Shown here in pieces: positions 39,557 through 50,653 of a DNA stretch of 64,000 bases. A program made the position numbers and the translations under genes. The notes beneath the pieces were generated by a model. The model did not search any database, was not told the DNA's origin, and was given only the letters and a program-made list of their open reading frames with translations. The stretch spans positions 9,950-73,949 of the forward strand of contig DJJA01000003.1 of assembly GCA_002433895.1 (NCBI GenBank), read 5' to 3'. Every line of letters begins with the position of its first letter. Within the stretch, counting starts at the first letter, position 1. Origin of the DNA: Candidatus Gottesmanbacteria bacterium UBA6580 (GTDB lineage: Bacteria; Patescibacteriota; Microgenomatia; UBA10105; UBA927).

Positions 39557-41791
39557 ATGGATAAAAACTTTGATCCTAAGGCAACAGAAGATGCAATATA
39601 CCGGATGTGGGAAACCGGCGGTTTTTTTGCGCCCAACAAGAGTTCACAAGCCAAGCCGTTTACCATTATCATGCCTCCACCCAACGCTAATGATCCCCTG
39701 CATATCGGGCACGCCATGTTTATCACGATTGAAGATATCCTCATCCGCTACCACCGGATGAAAGGAGAAAGCACACTCTGGCTCCCCGGCACCGACCACG
39801 CGGGCATTGAAACACAATTTGTATTTGAAAAAAAACTTGCCAAACAAGACAAAAGCCGGTTTAATTTTGACCGTGAAACCCTCTACAAAATGATATGGGA
39901 TTACGTTCAGGAAAACTCCGGCGTGGCGATTGATCAGATGAAAAAGCTGGGTGCTTCTGCCGACTGGAGCACATTTAAGTTTACGCTTGATCCCGATATC
40001 GTTGCACGCGTACTGGAAACGTTCATCAAACTCCATAAAGATAACCTGGTATACCGCGGTCAAAAACTTATAAATTACTGCACTAAATGTGGTACAGGGT
40101 ACTCTGAGCTTGAGGTGGAGCATGTCGAGGAAACCACAAAGCTTTATTTCATCAAATACGGACCATTCGTGCTGGCAACCACTCGGCCGGAAACAAAGTT
40201 TGCCGATACTGCGGTTGCCGTCAACCCCAATGACAAACGATATAAAAGCTACATAGGCCAGGAAATAGAAGTTATGGGACTATTAGGCACATTCAAATTG
40301 AAGGTTATCGCCGATGATTATGTCGACCCTGAATTTGGCACGGGGGTTGTAAAAATTACGCCATATCACGACTTTAACGACTTTGACGTATGGCAACGGC
40401 ATATAGACGAAATACCGGCTCCCAAGCAGGTTATCGACAAGCAAGGAAAGCTCACATCCATCGCGGGAAAATATGCCGGAATGAAAATTAAAGCCGCGCG
40501 GGAGATGATCGAAAAAGACCTCGGTGAAAAAGGGTTACTCGCCAAACCAAGCGAAGCCTACACACACAACGTTGGCGTATGTTACCGGTGTAAAACAGTC
40601 CTGGAACCGCTGCCGCTTACGCAATTTTTTATCAAAACCAAGCCACTCGTTGAGGGCGCACTTCGCGCGCTTGATACGGGTGAAACAAAGATATTGGGTG
40701 CGGGACAAGATAAAATATTGCGGCATTGGCTCACCAATATCCGCGACTGGAATATTAGCAGACAAATTGTGTGGGGCATCCGGATTCCGGTTTGGTACAA
40801 CATCAAAGGACATGAACAACGGGCATGGCTGAGCTTTCTCGACAAGGAGGGCAAGCAACAACAAGGTACGCTTGCTCAATATTTGAATGAATTCGGATTT
40901 GACCATATCAAAAAAAATCTTCAACAAATCGACGTAGGAACATGGAGTGAAGGGAACAATCCTGACTGGGTAGTCAGCGTCACCGAGCCAAGCGAAGATG
41001 GGTTATGGATCCAGGAAACGGATACCTTTGATACCTGGTTTTCTTCCGGTCAGTGGCCGGTCGTGACGTTGCAAACGAACGGTGCTGCCGTATTTGAAAA
41101 ATTTTATCCCACATCGGTTATGGAAACGGGCTACGATATATTGCCGATTTGGGTCATGCGGATGATGCTTCTGGGCATCTATGTCACGGGGAAATCACCG
41201 TTTACTACCGTGTATCTTCACGGACTCGTCCGTGATGAAAAAGGGCAAAAAATGAGTAAGTCAAAAGGAAATGTCATCAATCCACTGGACATGGTCGACA
41301 AATACGGCGCTGATGCGATCAGGATCGCGCTTGTCATGAGCTCAACTCCGGGTCAGGACAAGGCGGTCGGCGAAAACACCATCCGTGGCATGCGCAACTT
41401 TTCCAATAAAATCTGGAACGCTGCCCGCTTCGTGTATATGGAGAAGCAACATGCTGAAGCTACCGACGCGCCGGGCATTGAAGATAATAATTTTATGAAA
41501 AAACTGGACGAAACGGTACATTCAATTACACAGCTTTTAAATGCGCTTCGGGTGGGGCTTGCAGCAGAAACAGTACACAATGAATTTTGGCACTGGTACT
41601 GCGATGTGGCCATTGAACAAAGAAAGCGGAAAGAAATTTCCTTACAAGCGCTTGAAACAGGGCTAACCACATTCCTCACCCTGCTCCACCCATTTATGCC
41701 GTTTGTCACTGAAGAAATATGGGGGAAATTTGTAAACGACGGCCGCTCCCCGCTTATCATCTCCTCATGGCCGGAAAATAAAAACGTTTAG
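39557..41791 (+). CDS. valS: Valyl-tRNA synthetase
   Basis: PPPN..HIGH, DHAGIETQ, DWNISRQ, DTWFSS, KMSKS. Confidence 0.97.
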   Translation: MDKNFDPKATEDAIYRMWETGGFFAPNKSSQAKPFTIIMPPPNANDPLHIGHAMFITIEDILIRYHRMKGESTLWLPGTDHAGIETQFVFEKKLAKQDKSRFNFDRETLYKMIWDYVQENSGVAIDQMKKLGASADWSTFKFTLDPDIVARVLETFIKLHKDNLVYRGQKLINYCTKCGTGYSELEVEHVEETTKLYFIKYGPFVLATTRPETKFADTAVAVNPNDKRYKSYIGQEIEVMGLLGTFKLKVIADDYVDPEFGTGVVKITPYHDFNDFDVWQRHIDEIPAPKQVIDKQGKLTSIAGKYAGMKIKAAREMIEKDLGEKGLLAKPSEAYTHNVGVCYRCKTVLEPLPLTQFFIKTKPLVEGALRALDTGETKILGAGQDKILRHWLTNIRDWNISRQIVWGIRIPVWYNIKGHEQRAWLSFLDKEGKQQQGTLAQYLNEFGFDHIKKNLQQIDVGTWSEGNNPDWVVSVTEPSEDGLWIQETDTFDTWFSSGQWPVVTLQTNGAAVFEKFYPTSVMETGYDILPIWVMRMMLLGIYVTGKSPFTTVYLHGLVRDEKGQKMSKSKGNVINPLDMVDKYGADAIRIALVMSSTPGQDKAVGENTIRGMRNFSNKIWNAARFVYMEKQHAEATDAPGIEDNNFMKKLDETVHSITQLLNALRVGLAAETVHNEFWHWYCDVAIEQRKRKEISLQALETGLTTFLTLLHPFMPFVTEEIWGKFVNDGRSPLIISSWPENKNV

Positions 41792-42768
41792 AATTCTGCG
41801 GATCTTGTTGTGGGAGTTGCTGCCGGCAGACTCACGGAAGGTGTGGCAGTATTGACTACACCCGTCTTAAACGAAGCAATAATTTCGTTAAACACGACAT
41901 CGTCACTGGCAAAATCAGAGGTAATTCCCGCCGGAGCAAAGTGATTAAATTCAACCGCAAGCGTCTCTGAAACCGGCATAAGCACGCCACGGATAGCGGT
42001 AAAGGTATAACCACCTCCGGTTCTCCCGGTAAAATTCCCGGTGTACTCATAGGCATATACGCCGCCATATACCCCCTGTTTCATCGTAAACTCACGACCG
42101 GCGGCATCAGTAAGAATGGCACCACGAAAATCAGGTAGTAATTGTCCTTTTCCCCGCGCTGCGACGGTGAAACGGGTTCCCCCGGGTAAGTTAGTGCCCT
42201 GAGATGCACAACTTTGACTGTCACATACCGGTGCTTTTATCCCACTCGGCATTTGATACGTTAATCCGTCAATTGGTTTTTTTGTTACACCGCTTATGAC
42301 GTTGTACACCTGACGCACGCCGGATGGCGCCGCACCTGAAGGGCTTGCCACACCAGCCGCTGGAGGGCTAACCCGCGCAACGGGAGCAAGGGTTGGCACG
42401 ACCGTCTCTTCTGAGACTGACGGCGCAAAAAATGTACGCAACTGACTACTCAACCATACGCCAAGTCCGAAAAGGATAACAATAAATAAAATTGTTCCAA
42501 GATGATTTTTCTTCGATGGTTTCTTTATGTGTTCTTCCGTTACGTGCAAACCCTCAGACAACGGGTCATTTTTCTGTGCTACCTCAGGTGAAGGTTGAAA
42601 TACCCGGGACGCTTCAGGAATTACGGACGCCACCTCATCCTCCCGTTCGCTTGTTGAGAGCGGAGCCTGTGCTGATGCTACCTCTCCTGAAACTGGATCG
42701 ATAATCGGAGTTTCTTCGTAAGAGAGTGATGGCTTTTCTTCGGAGTTCTGTTTTAGTGGTTCATCCAT
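41788..42768 (-). CDS. Single-TM hypothetical protein
   Basis: Acidic disordered N-terminus, one TM, extracytoplasmic domain with CDSQSC. Confidence 0.75.
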   Translation of the reverse strand: MDEPLKQNSEEKPSLSYEETPIIDPVSGEVASAQAPLSTSEREDEVASVIPEASRVFQPSPEVAQKNDPLSEGLHVTEEHIKKPSKKNHLGTILFIVILFGLGVWLSSQLRTFFAPSVSEETVVPTLAPVARVSPPAAGVASPSGAAPSGVRQVYNVISGVTKKPIDGLTYQMPSGIKAPVCDSQSCASQGTNLPGGTRFTVAARGKGQLLPDFRGAILTDAAGREFTMKQGVYGGVYAYEYTGNFTGRTGGGYTFTAIRGVLMPVSETLAVEFNHFAPAGITSDFASDDVVFNEIIASFKTGVVNTATPSVSLPAATPTTRSAEF

Positions 42769-42787
42769 ATAATTTATTGTACCCTCA

Positions 42788-43990
42788 TTACTTTCTCACA
42801 AACAAGATAGCATTCGGAATATTTCTCCCGGGACCGACTTTGTATCCCCCGCTCCACAATGCCGTGGATCCGCCGTTATCTAAGTTCAATGCATTTTCGA
42901 GTCCCATCGTTTTTAACACATGCGCAACCTCTGCCACGGTCGCACTATGCACTACGCCAATATATGCAGTAGTTCCTTTGTTTCCCACAAAACTTCGGTT
43001 TCCTTTACTCCCCTTTTTTGGGTCTCCGTCACCTCCGAATACAATATTGCCTCCGGACAAAAGCAGTGGTTGCATCGCAAGCACGCTGTCAGGCCCGGTA
43101 TCCCTACCCCAATCCAACGAACGGCCGACAAAGCGCATTGATCCCGGCAAAAAAATAACGGCAGGCACGGTACTATATACGTTGTTGTCTGAATTAAAAT
43201 ACACTTTATTTTTGTTCATAAGTAACGTGTCAAAGGAATTTTTTTTGTCTGCACAACTTGGATAATCTGCGGGGCAGAAATATGTTCCGTTTATCCCGGC
43301 GAAGGCACCGTTTCGGGACACGTAATCGGCAAGTGACAAAGCGGGACAATCGCTGGTACAAGTACTTTCCGAAGCGGTGTCAACGATAACGCGGGTAGAA
43401 CCCATATCAGCGGCGATAATATCAACTAAATAGGTACCTATCTCCGCGTTGACCGATTGACGGCTAAATCCCGTGCCGGGAGCAACATTGCTCTCTGGAA
43501 CATTTGCCGGTATGACAAAACTAGCGGCAATCTTTTGTCGAGCGGCGATAATATCTTTTGAGATTGCCGCAAGTTGTGCCGCCGCCGTTGACCAATTTCT
43601 TTTTGATAATTCATGCAAGCTATCTGCTAAATGTTCCTCCAGTTTAGCGGTATCCCGGGTGACGGATCGTAAATCGATAAGCTCCTCATACGTTACCACA
43701 GCTTGCTCGTATACCTTCTTTATGTTATTAATCTCCGCTTCAAGCCGGTCGTTCCGGGCCAACTGGTCTTCACTGCGTATTTCTTGCAACTCTGTCATAA
43801 GCCGGTTAATCTCGACCTCGGTCTGCACGCGTTGTACTTCAAGCATTTTATTCCTACCGACGTACACCGATATAGCAAATAGCGAAAGTCCGGTAACTAC
43901 AAGCACTGTGCTCATGTAGAGGCCAATAGGCACTTTGGGGAATGTTAACTGAGAAGTGGTTGGGGTTCCCTTCGGCAGCTGAACCTTCAT
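42788..43990 (-). CDS. Phosphodiester glycosidase (NAGPA) family protein with coiled-coil stalk
   Basis: TM, coiled coil, GINGTYF, ALNLDNGGST. Confidence 0.85.
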   Translation of the reverse strand: MKVQLPKGTPTTSQLTFPKVPIGLYMSTVLVVTGLSLFAISVYVGRNKMLEVQRVQTEVEINRLMTELQEIRSEDQLARNDRLEAEINNIKKVYEQAVVTYEELIDLRSVTRDTAKLEEHLADSLHELSKRNWSTAAAQLAAISKDIIAARQKIAASFVIPANVPESNVAPGTGFSRQSVNAEIGTYLVDIIAADMGSTRVIVDTASESTCTSDCPALSLADYVSRNGAFAGINGTYFCPADYPSCADKKNSFDTLLMNKNKVYFNSDNNVYSTVPAVIFLPGSMRFVGRSLDWGRDTGPDSVLAMQPLLLSGGNIVFGGDGDPKKGSKGNRSFVGNKGTTAYIGVVHSATVAEVAHVLKTMGLENALNLDNGGSTALWSGGYKVGPGRNIPNAILFVRK

Positions 43991-44071
43991 ACTGTGATTA
44001 AGTGTAATACAAAATACGAGGGTTACACAATCCAAATAGAAGTCATCAGATATTCACGCGACACGAAGCTA

Positions 44072-44635
44072 TTATCCGCGCTCGAGATATGCGCCGGTTT
44101 CAGGATCTATACCGATCTTGTCACCCTCTTTAATAAAGAGTGGCACAGTAATAACAGCGCCCGTTTCCACTACGACTGTTTTCGTCGCTCCCGATGCAGT
44201 ATTTCCCTTTACGCCTTCGTCCGCTTCCGTAACGGTAAGCCATACTTTTTTAGGAAACCGCACACCCACGGCATCCTCGCCATAGACTAACACCTGGTAG
44301 GTATCGTTTGGCTTAAGGTATTTGATAAACCCTTCCAGCAGACCTTCAGAAATATTGAACTGCTCATAACTGAAATTATCCATAAACACATATGAATCGC
44401 CCTCTTTATAAAGGTACTGCATTTCGCGGGTGAGAATTGGAAGTTCTTCAACAGTTTCCCCTGACTTGTAGGTAAACTCAATCACCTTCCCGGTTTTCAG
44501 GCTTTTTAGCTTTGCACGGACAAACGCGCTGCCCTTCCCCGGATTTACAAACTGAAAGTCCACAATCTGATTTGGCTCGTTGCGGAATTCAATAAAATTC
44601 CCTTTTTTAAAATTTGCGGTCGTTATGGTAGCCAT
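44072..44635 (-). CDS. efp: Elongation factor P
   Basis: VNPGKGSAFVR, QYLY, KGNTA, VPLFI. Confidence 0.97.
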   Translation of the reverse strand: MATITTANFKKGNFIEFRNEPNQIVDFQFVNPGKGSAFVRAKLKSLKTGKVIEFTYKSGETVEELPILTREMQYLYKEGDSYVFMDNFSYEQFNISEGLLEGFIKYLKPNDTYQVLVYGEDAVGVRFPKKVWLTVTEADEGVKGNTASGATKTVVVETGAVITVPLFIKEGDKIGIDPETGAYLERG

Positions 44636-44714
44636 AGTTCAAATAAAAAATCCCCTTCGGGATACCGGTATTATCCCATAAACACCCATATAAGATCAAT
44701 TCCTGTGTGTTTCC

Positions 44715-45779
44715 CTATGCGTTTTCAAACAATTCGTTTGCGGGGAACAACAAGGTTTCCTGTATCGTTTTTACATCTGCAAACAACATGACCAAACGGT
44801 CAACACCTATTGCTATACCACTACAGTCAGGAAGGCCAATTTTGAGCGCCTCAATAAAATCGTGATCGTAGTCATACATAGTTTTTCCTGAACGTTTTAG
44901 CTCTTTCAGTTCATTTTCAAAACGAGATTGCTGCTCCCGCCAATCAGTCAGCTCACTATAACAATCACCGAGCTCCAATCCTTCTATATAAAATTCAAAC
45001 CGTTCAGCGAACCGCGGGTCAGACTGTTTTCGCCGGGCAAGCGCAGCCATACTCCCGGGAAATTCATACAAAATCGTAGGCTTGCCCCTACCCAAGTGAG
45101 GCTCCACTTCATTAAGAAATATCTGATTGTATAACTCCTCCCATGACGTATCAGCGCTCACGGTATATCCTTTCTTTACTGCTATTTCTTTGGCTTTTTC
45201 CATTTCTAAAAATTGCACGAAATCTATCCCCGCCCATTTTTTAAATGCCTCGACCATTGTAAGTTTTTCCCATGGCGCGGATAGATCTACTACTGTATTT
45301 TGATACGTCAACGTAGGTGATGTATCTCCCGGTTTTTTTTGTTTTTTAACAATATACTCCCGGATATACAGCAGTAAAGACTCGCAGTCGCTCATTATCT
45401 CCTTATAATCGGCGCCCACCCGGTACCACTCTAATATGGTGAATTCAGGGTTATGAAGTGAGCTTTGCATTTCCATGTTCCGGAAACTCTTGGTCAGCGC
45501 ATAACAATTTCCGAGACCGGCAACCATTAATTTTTTAAGCGGCACTTCTGGAGAAGTTGAAAGATACGCATGCTTCCCATTTCTATTTCTATCAAGCAAC
45601 TTTGTTTCGAAGACGTCCAAATAGCTTTCCGCGGGAGGGTTCGCTATCAAAAGCGGTGTTTCCACTTCATGAAAATCCTGCCGGTCAAAAAATTCACGGA
45701 TCGCATGAAGCACGTGTTCACGGATAACATACCGCTGCCATAACTGAGGATCCGCATGTAATTTTTGCCACGTTGTCAT
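44715..45779 (-). CDS. epmA: EF-P lysine aminoacylase EpmA/GenX
   Basis: LysRS-like catalytic core without anticodon domain: TSPE, FRN.E, HNPEFTILEWY, GIAIGVDRL; adjacent to efp. Confidence 0.93.
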   Translation of the reverse strand: MTTWQKLHADPQLWQRYVIREHVLHAIREFFDRQDFHEVETPLLIANPPAESYLDVFETKLLDRNRNGKHAYLSTSPEVPLKKLMVAGLGNCYALTKSFRNMEMQSSLHNPEFTILEWYRVGADYKEIMSDCESLLLYIREYIVKKQKKPGDTSPTLTYQNTVVDLSAPWEKLTMVEAFKKWAGIDFVQFLEMEKAKEIAVKKGYTVSADTSWEELYNQIFLNEVEPHLGRGKPTILYEFPGSMAALARRKQSDPRFAERFEFYIEGLELGDCYSELTDWREQQSRFENELKELKRSGKTMYDYDHDFIEALKIGLPDCSGIAIGVDRLVMLFADVKTIQETLLFPANELFENA

Positions 45780-45840
45780 AGTAATAATACATCCCAAACT
45801 TCATTATAAACGAGTGGCCCAAAAAAGTTGTATGGCTGAA

Positions 45841-46095
45841 TTATTTATTGCGGCGGGAAGATTTCTTAGGAGGCGTCGTAAATGCTTTCACAATAAACAT
45901 GAGATAGAAAAATTCTACGACACCAGCGGTGTGTACAAGAAGAAAAAAAATAAACCATCCCTTGTCCTGTCTCCGTGCCGCATGCCATAGTGCAAAACCG
46001 GTCCAGAGAAGTGACCATAACGCGAGTAAACCAATACCTGCACCCCACCAGTGCTCAAAATTTACGCGCCCGTTTCCTAAATACCACGGCATCAT
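45841..46095 (-). CDS. DUF5652-like small membrane protein
   Basis: WTGFALWHAARRQDKGWF...HTAGVVEFFY. Confidence 0.8.
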   Translation of the reverse strand: MMPWYLGNGRVNFEHWWGAGIGLLALWSLLWTGFALWHAARRQDKGWFIFFLLVHTAGVVEFFYLMFIVKAFTTPPKKSSRRNK

Positions 46096-46096
46096 A

Positions 46097-46750
46097 TTAA
46101 AGGAATTTCACAACGTTCGATTGCTGACGGAGGTCCAAAAACCATGACTGCAACTTTTCGCTCACTGCGTTACCGATGATCGCCTTCCTCGCTTCTTCAC
46201 GGAGCGCTGCTGGCTCTGTTGCGGTGAGAAGCGAACTGCTCGTCGCGATATAATTATCGATATCCGCGTCCGTTACCGTAAGATCCTTCGATAACAATTT
46301 TTCGACCGTCAACTGCACTCTGAGCTGTTGATTAAAATCGGCCTCAGTTAATCCCTGAAACTGTAAAAAGTCCGCAAGACTCACTTCCGTTCCCAAACTC
46401 GATAATATCTCCTTCTGTTTGGCTTGTATTTCTTCACTGCTTATAACAACACCTGATTTTTGTGCTTCTTTCTCAATAAGCACTTCACCAATCATTCCTT
46501 CAAGGGTTTGCTGCCCATAACGAGTACGGAGTGTGTTATTAAGTTGCCAACTGAATATCGGTTGTCCATTTACTACTGCGGCTAAAACTAAACCTTTGTT
46601 TACCGAACCAAGCACAAGAAGAAGGACACCTAATCCAATAAGAACCCACCGCCATGGAAAGCCTTTGCGGATACTTGTGGCAGACATTGAAGCTTCATAT
46701 ACCGGTGGAACAGGAACTACTACTTTTTTAACAGATTCTTTTTTTGCCAT
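46097..46750 (-). CDS. SurA-N/PrsA-like foldase domain protein
   Basis: TM, AAVVNGQPI, LIEKEAQKSGV, WFLDLR; no PPIase domain. Confidence 0.8.
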   Translation of the reverse strand: MAKKESVKKVVVPVPPVYEASMSATSIRKGFPWRWVLIGLGVLLLVLGSVNKGLVLAAVVNGQPIFSWQLNNTLRTRYGQQTLEGMIGEVLIEKEAQKSGVVISSEEIQAKQKEILSSLGTEVSLADFLQFQGLTEADFNQQLRVQLTVEKLLSKDLTVTDADIDNYIATSSSLLTATEPAALREEARKAIIGNAVSEKLQSWFLDLRQQSNVVKFL

Positions 46751-46898
46751 ATCTCGCAGAATACCATAGAAAATACCCTCATTCAAGGAGAAGACAAAAT
46801 GAGCGGGTGCGTAACCGCTGCCACACCATCTCACCATTCGTCGATTGCGCGATAATCCCGTTTATCATAGACTAATACCCGTACACACAAACCATAGT

Positions 46899-47396
46899 AT
46901 GAATAAGCGTGATCCGTCACCAAATCATTCCGAAGGCCAACCACCGAAAAGTAATTATTTACCGCAGTTTACCCGATTTTTTTCCGCACCGCTCGCCAAA
47001 CGGCTTTTTTCCATGTCTATTAAGGGTGCTATTTGGACACTTCTTCTTTTTCTTCTCCTCACAAATGTAGCACTGAGCAACCGTGGCGTAGCATCGTATT
47101 TTGAAGCAACCTTCCGCCGCATTTCCGGTGGCGGTGCAAAACAACCAAACGTACTCGGAACAACAAGTAAATCCTCCAACGCCTCGCCGACAATAGGCGA
47201 CCTAAAAAAACAATATGACCATTGGGAAAAAATTGTCGCTGAGCTTCCTGACTACCGTGATGGCCATTTTGCGCTTGCCACACTCGCCTATCAACTCGGA
47301 GATACAGATGTTTCAATGCAGCATCTTATGATAGTAAAAGAAATGGATCCGAACTTCCCGGGGCTTAAGCAACTTGAAGCGGTCCTCGTAAAATAA
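46899..47396 (+). CDS. Membrane-anchored protein with C-terminal TPR-like repeat
   Basis: TM, then PDYRDGHFALATLAYQLG...DPN. Confidence 0.7.
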   Translation: MNKRDPSPNHSEGQPPKSNYLPQFTRFFSAPLAKRLFSMSIKGAIWTLLLFLLLTNVALSNRGVASYFEATFRRISGGGAKQPNVLGTTSKSSNASPTIGDLKKQYDHWEKIVAELPDYRDGHFALATLAYQLGDTDVSMQHLMIVKEMDPNFPGLKQLEAVLVK

Positions 47397-47414
47397 CATC
47401 AATTGGCGGACTTC

Positions 47415-48116
47415 TTACTTCTTTTCTTCTGAAGCGGCTGGTTTTTCTGCTGAAGCTTCTGCGGGTTTTTCAGCGTCCTCTGCTGGTGCTTCGCCCTCTG
47501 CGGGGGCGGCTGCCTCTTCTGCGGCTGCAACCTCTGCTGCTGCCTGCTCTTCAGCTTCCTTACTCACTAATTCACCAACCTTCACAACGCTTATCGCGGC
47601 ATCAGAAAGAACCGCGACTCCTGAAGGAGCCAGGAGATCGGATACCTTCAGCTCCTGACCAACTTCCGCAAGTGACGCGACATCTACTTCAATTTTCTCC
47701 GGTAAATCTGTTGGCAGCGCTTCGACTTCAATTTCGGATAACAAAGTTAACAAAACACCGACTTTCTGCGCAACCGCTGGGGCTTCACCAACAAGCACCA
47801 AAGGCACATTGGCGTGAACTTTCTCTTTAAGATCAACTTGATGAAACTCAACGTGAAGTATGGTGTTTTTTACAGGATCCCGTTGTACATGGTGAACAAG
47901 CACGGGTTTCAGATCACTGCCCACGGCAAGCTCAATAAGTCCGGTTTCTCCCGTCTCCATGTAAGTCTTTGCGAAATCAGAAGCAGAGACGACTAAATTT
48001 TGACTGTCGACTTTTTTGCCATATACTGTTACCGGCAATAAACCGTCAGCCCGGAGTCTTTTTACTTTTCTGCCGACTATTTCTCTACTCTCCCCTTTTA
48101 ACGTATGTTTTTTCAT
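47415..48116 (-). CDS. rplY: 50S ribosomal protein bL25/Ctc
   Basis: LRADGLLPVTVYG, HVEFHQV, LPEKIEVDV, acidic tail. Confidence 0.95.
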   Translation of the reverse strand: MKKHTLKGESREIVGRKVKRLRADGLLPVTVYGKKVDSQNLVVSASDFAKTYMETGETGLIELAVGSDLKPVLVHHVQRDPVKNTILHVEFHQVDLKEKVHANVPLVLVGEAPAVAQKVGVLLTLLSEIEVEALPTDLPEKIEVDVASLAEVGQELKVSDLLAPSGVAVLSDAAISVVKVGELVSKEAEEQAAAEVAAAEEAAAPAEGEAPAEDAEKPAEASAEKPAASEEKK

Positions 48117-50545
48117 AAATTTTTCTGAAAGATGATACGGTACTTAGTATCTTTAGTCAGAGTTGTATTGTACTCAACGGAAGGCGCATTTGCAATACCA
48201 CCCTCTCCTGACGAGCCCCATGTTGGTGGATATCTGACAATAATATTCCACGGTGTTGCCGCTACCCCTGGCTGCTTTCGCAGCGTCAGCTCATACACTG
48301 CAACAGCGTTATCAAATGTAAGCGCATTTGCTCTTACCCAGGAAAGGGAAAGTTGTCTTGTCTGTTGTGGCGCAACAAACACTGGAACATGCACCACCTG
48401 ATGGGAGTTTGCCTCCTCAACAAACCAATATGGGGGTGACGGAGGGACCACTTTCGTTATGTCCCGTATAGGCACCATGACACCATCAAGGCTTACCTCC
48501 CGTACCGTAGCTCCCGAAGGCACGAGGATCCGCATATAATTTTGATATCCACCTGATCCGTCCTGTAGCACAGGCGCGTCATTACTCATCTTTACCGTAA
48601 ACGCATGCTCGATGCTACCGTCGGGCTCAATAGTTATTTGTGACAAAGCCTCACGTGTCACAAAAAAATTCGTCTTGTTCACACCCAGGTTTGCCTCAAC
48701 TAACCCGACACTATCCCCCTCCATGTCCACTGACCCGCTCCAATTCCACTGGCTTACTAATGACTGCAGTTGCTCATCGGTAAAATAAAACTGTATGTCG
48801 CGCGACTGAATTGCCTCCGTCATGACGTGAAGTAACGCGCCCGCAGAAAGCGTTCTGTCTGTGGTAATCCTGGTTAACAACGCATTCGTAAGTGCGCCCA
48901 AGAAATCTTTTTTTTGTGTGCTTCCCGGAAAAAAATCAGTTTGTGTATAAAGCAAAGATTTTGCAAAAAAATTACTTTCCGAAATTCTCTCGTTAAAATC
49001 TAAAAGTTCAATGGGCCCGGTAACGGTTAGCAACTTGGTAACCATCGGCAAACTGATAGCGATTACTCCATCGACGGTCACCCCCATTTCTTTTTCATAA
49101 AACCACGCCGCCTCCCTACCGCTTTCGGAAAAGTCGGGGTTCCAATTGCTGTCACGTAAATACCAATGCTCCTGACCAAGTATCTCCCGTATTGGCAAAG
49201 GAGGATCAATGTGTCCCTTTAATTGACCATCTGCTGTATATACATCCTGTACCTCCAATGACTCAACTCTTCCATCCACAAATGAAACCAGCAATAAGCT
49301 TCCGATAAATCCTCCTGTCGGCCGCAATTCCATGCTATTTTGAAGTAACACTAAATATGTTTGCTTACGGCGAAACCCTCCGATATGGGGATACATCGTA
49401 AGCAGTTTTTCTGTATATCCGATAATCTCCCTTACCCGCAGAAGTTCGTTTGCTGCTTTTGTTGAAATTTGGGAAACCGTGCGGGTAGCAAATGGAAACC
49501 GCCCGGCACTTTGCAATGAATCAAATTGCGCTGATATCAATGCTAAATGCTGTGACACCCGTGACACCTCCGTAGTCAACTTCGTGACATCAGCTAGGCC
49601 CGCGCTCCTGACAGATTGTTCAGGGAAAAATATTGACCCTGCCACCTGCTTACTTGTATTAAATATAGTGAGCGCGCCGGCTTCCGCTTTCGATATGTCC
49701 GAAAGAATAGAAATAAATCTGTCTTGATCTTCAGCGAGTCCGCCTTGTCCAACAAATACAAAAAAGGGTGACATGAAATGGAGCATCACGCGTGCTGCCT
49801 GAAGATATGAAGTACCATGCAGGATAAATATATTGGTAAGCCGGACATCATCCTTCAGTAAAGTCCTGCCGCTTAATACAAGTAACCCAGCGCCGATACT
49901 TAGAGAACTCAAATACATAAATAATGGAAGGAAAACGAGGAGCATTCCCACACCTGCCCAGCGGATCCACCGGGTATAAAAACGTGATTGCTTTTTTAAT
50001 GACCCCCCAGAACGCGAATGAAAAACCTGCTGTAGAGTATCCGCGATCCGCTTCTTATCCGTACTCTCCTGTACCGGCTCCACCGCTATCTGCTCACGTC
50101 GCGGTTCAGGAGCGATTACACTCTTTCTTTTTACCGTGTTCGGCTCTTTTCGGCTGTCATGACTTAATGCTCTTCCTGTGAAAAAAAATGCAAAGATATC
50201 ACGCACCTGCACTTCGCTCAGTGGCCGGGCGTCAACAAAGTAATATTTAATCTTCTGCGGCTGAAGCTCATTTAGATCGTCCAATAGACCTTCATAAATA
50301 ATGGCAAGTTTTTTGGAACTCTCCCACCGCTCACCTTCGTAAAAAGATTTCACGAAGTCAGTATCACCGACGCAAATAAGGTAGTGCGGTACCCCCGCAG
50401 CATGCCTGTTTACCAGAACTTTGCAGCCATACGATTCTAGATATTCCCGCAACGGTTCGGCAAACAATGTATTTTGCGCCTCAATACGGGCTACTGGCAT
50501 AGTATTTTCTCCCGCATTATTTGTATCAAGATGTGAAGAAGTCAT
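48113..50545 (-). CDS. DUF4012-domain protein
   Basis: LLQNSMELRPTGGFIGS, RDSNWNPDF, NKTN, KQPG. Confidence 0.85.
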   Translation of the reverse strand: MTSSHLDTNNAGENTMPVARIEAQNTLFAEPLREYLESYGCKVLVNRHAAGVPHYLICVGDTDFVKSFYEGERWESSKKLAIIYEGLLDDLNELQPQKIKYYFVDARPLSEVQVRDIFAFFFTGRALSHDSRKEPNTVKRKSVIAPEPRREQIAVEPVQESTDKKRIADTLQQVFHSRSGGSLKKQSRFYTRWIRWAGVGMLLVFLPLFMYLSSLSIGAGLLVLSGRTLLKDDVRLTNIFILHGTSYLQAARVMLHFMSPFFVFVGQGGLAEDQDRFISILSDISKAEAGALTIFNTSKQVAGSIFFPEQSVRSAGLADVTKLTTEVSRVSQHLALISAQFDSLQSAGRFPFATRTVSQISTKAANELLRVREIIGYTEKLLTMYPHIGGFRRKQTYLVLLQNSMELRPTGGFIGSLLLVSFVDGRVESLEVQDVYTADGQLKGHIDPPLPIREILGQEHWYLRDSNWNPDFSESGREAAWFYEKEMGVTVDGVIAISLPMVTKLLTVTGPIELLDFNERISESNFFAKSLLYTQTDFFPGSTQKKDFLGALTNALLTRITTDRTLSAGALLHVMTEAIQSRDIQFYFTDEQLQSLVSQWNWSGSVDMEGDSVGLVEANLGVNKTNFFVTREALSQITIEPDGSIEHAFTVKMSNDAPVLQDGSGGYQNYMRILVPSGATVREVSLDGVMVPIRDITKVVPPSPPYWFVEEANSHQVVHVPVFVAPQQTRQLSLSWVRANALTFDNAVAVYELTLRKQPGVAATPWNIIVRYPPTWGSSGEGGIANAPSVEYNTTLTKDTKYRIIFQKNL

Positions 50546-50653
50546 AGGGGCAGTAATGTATCGCTTCTGTATTATGGCAAAACACGCTACCGAAAACAAC
50601 ACAAATAAAAATTACACATACTGCCACGGTGAAGTAATCGCACATGAGGAAAA

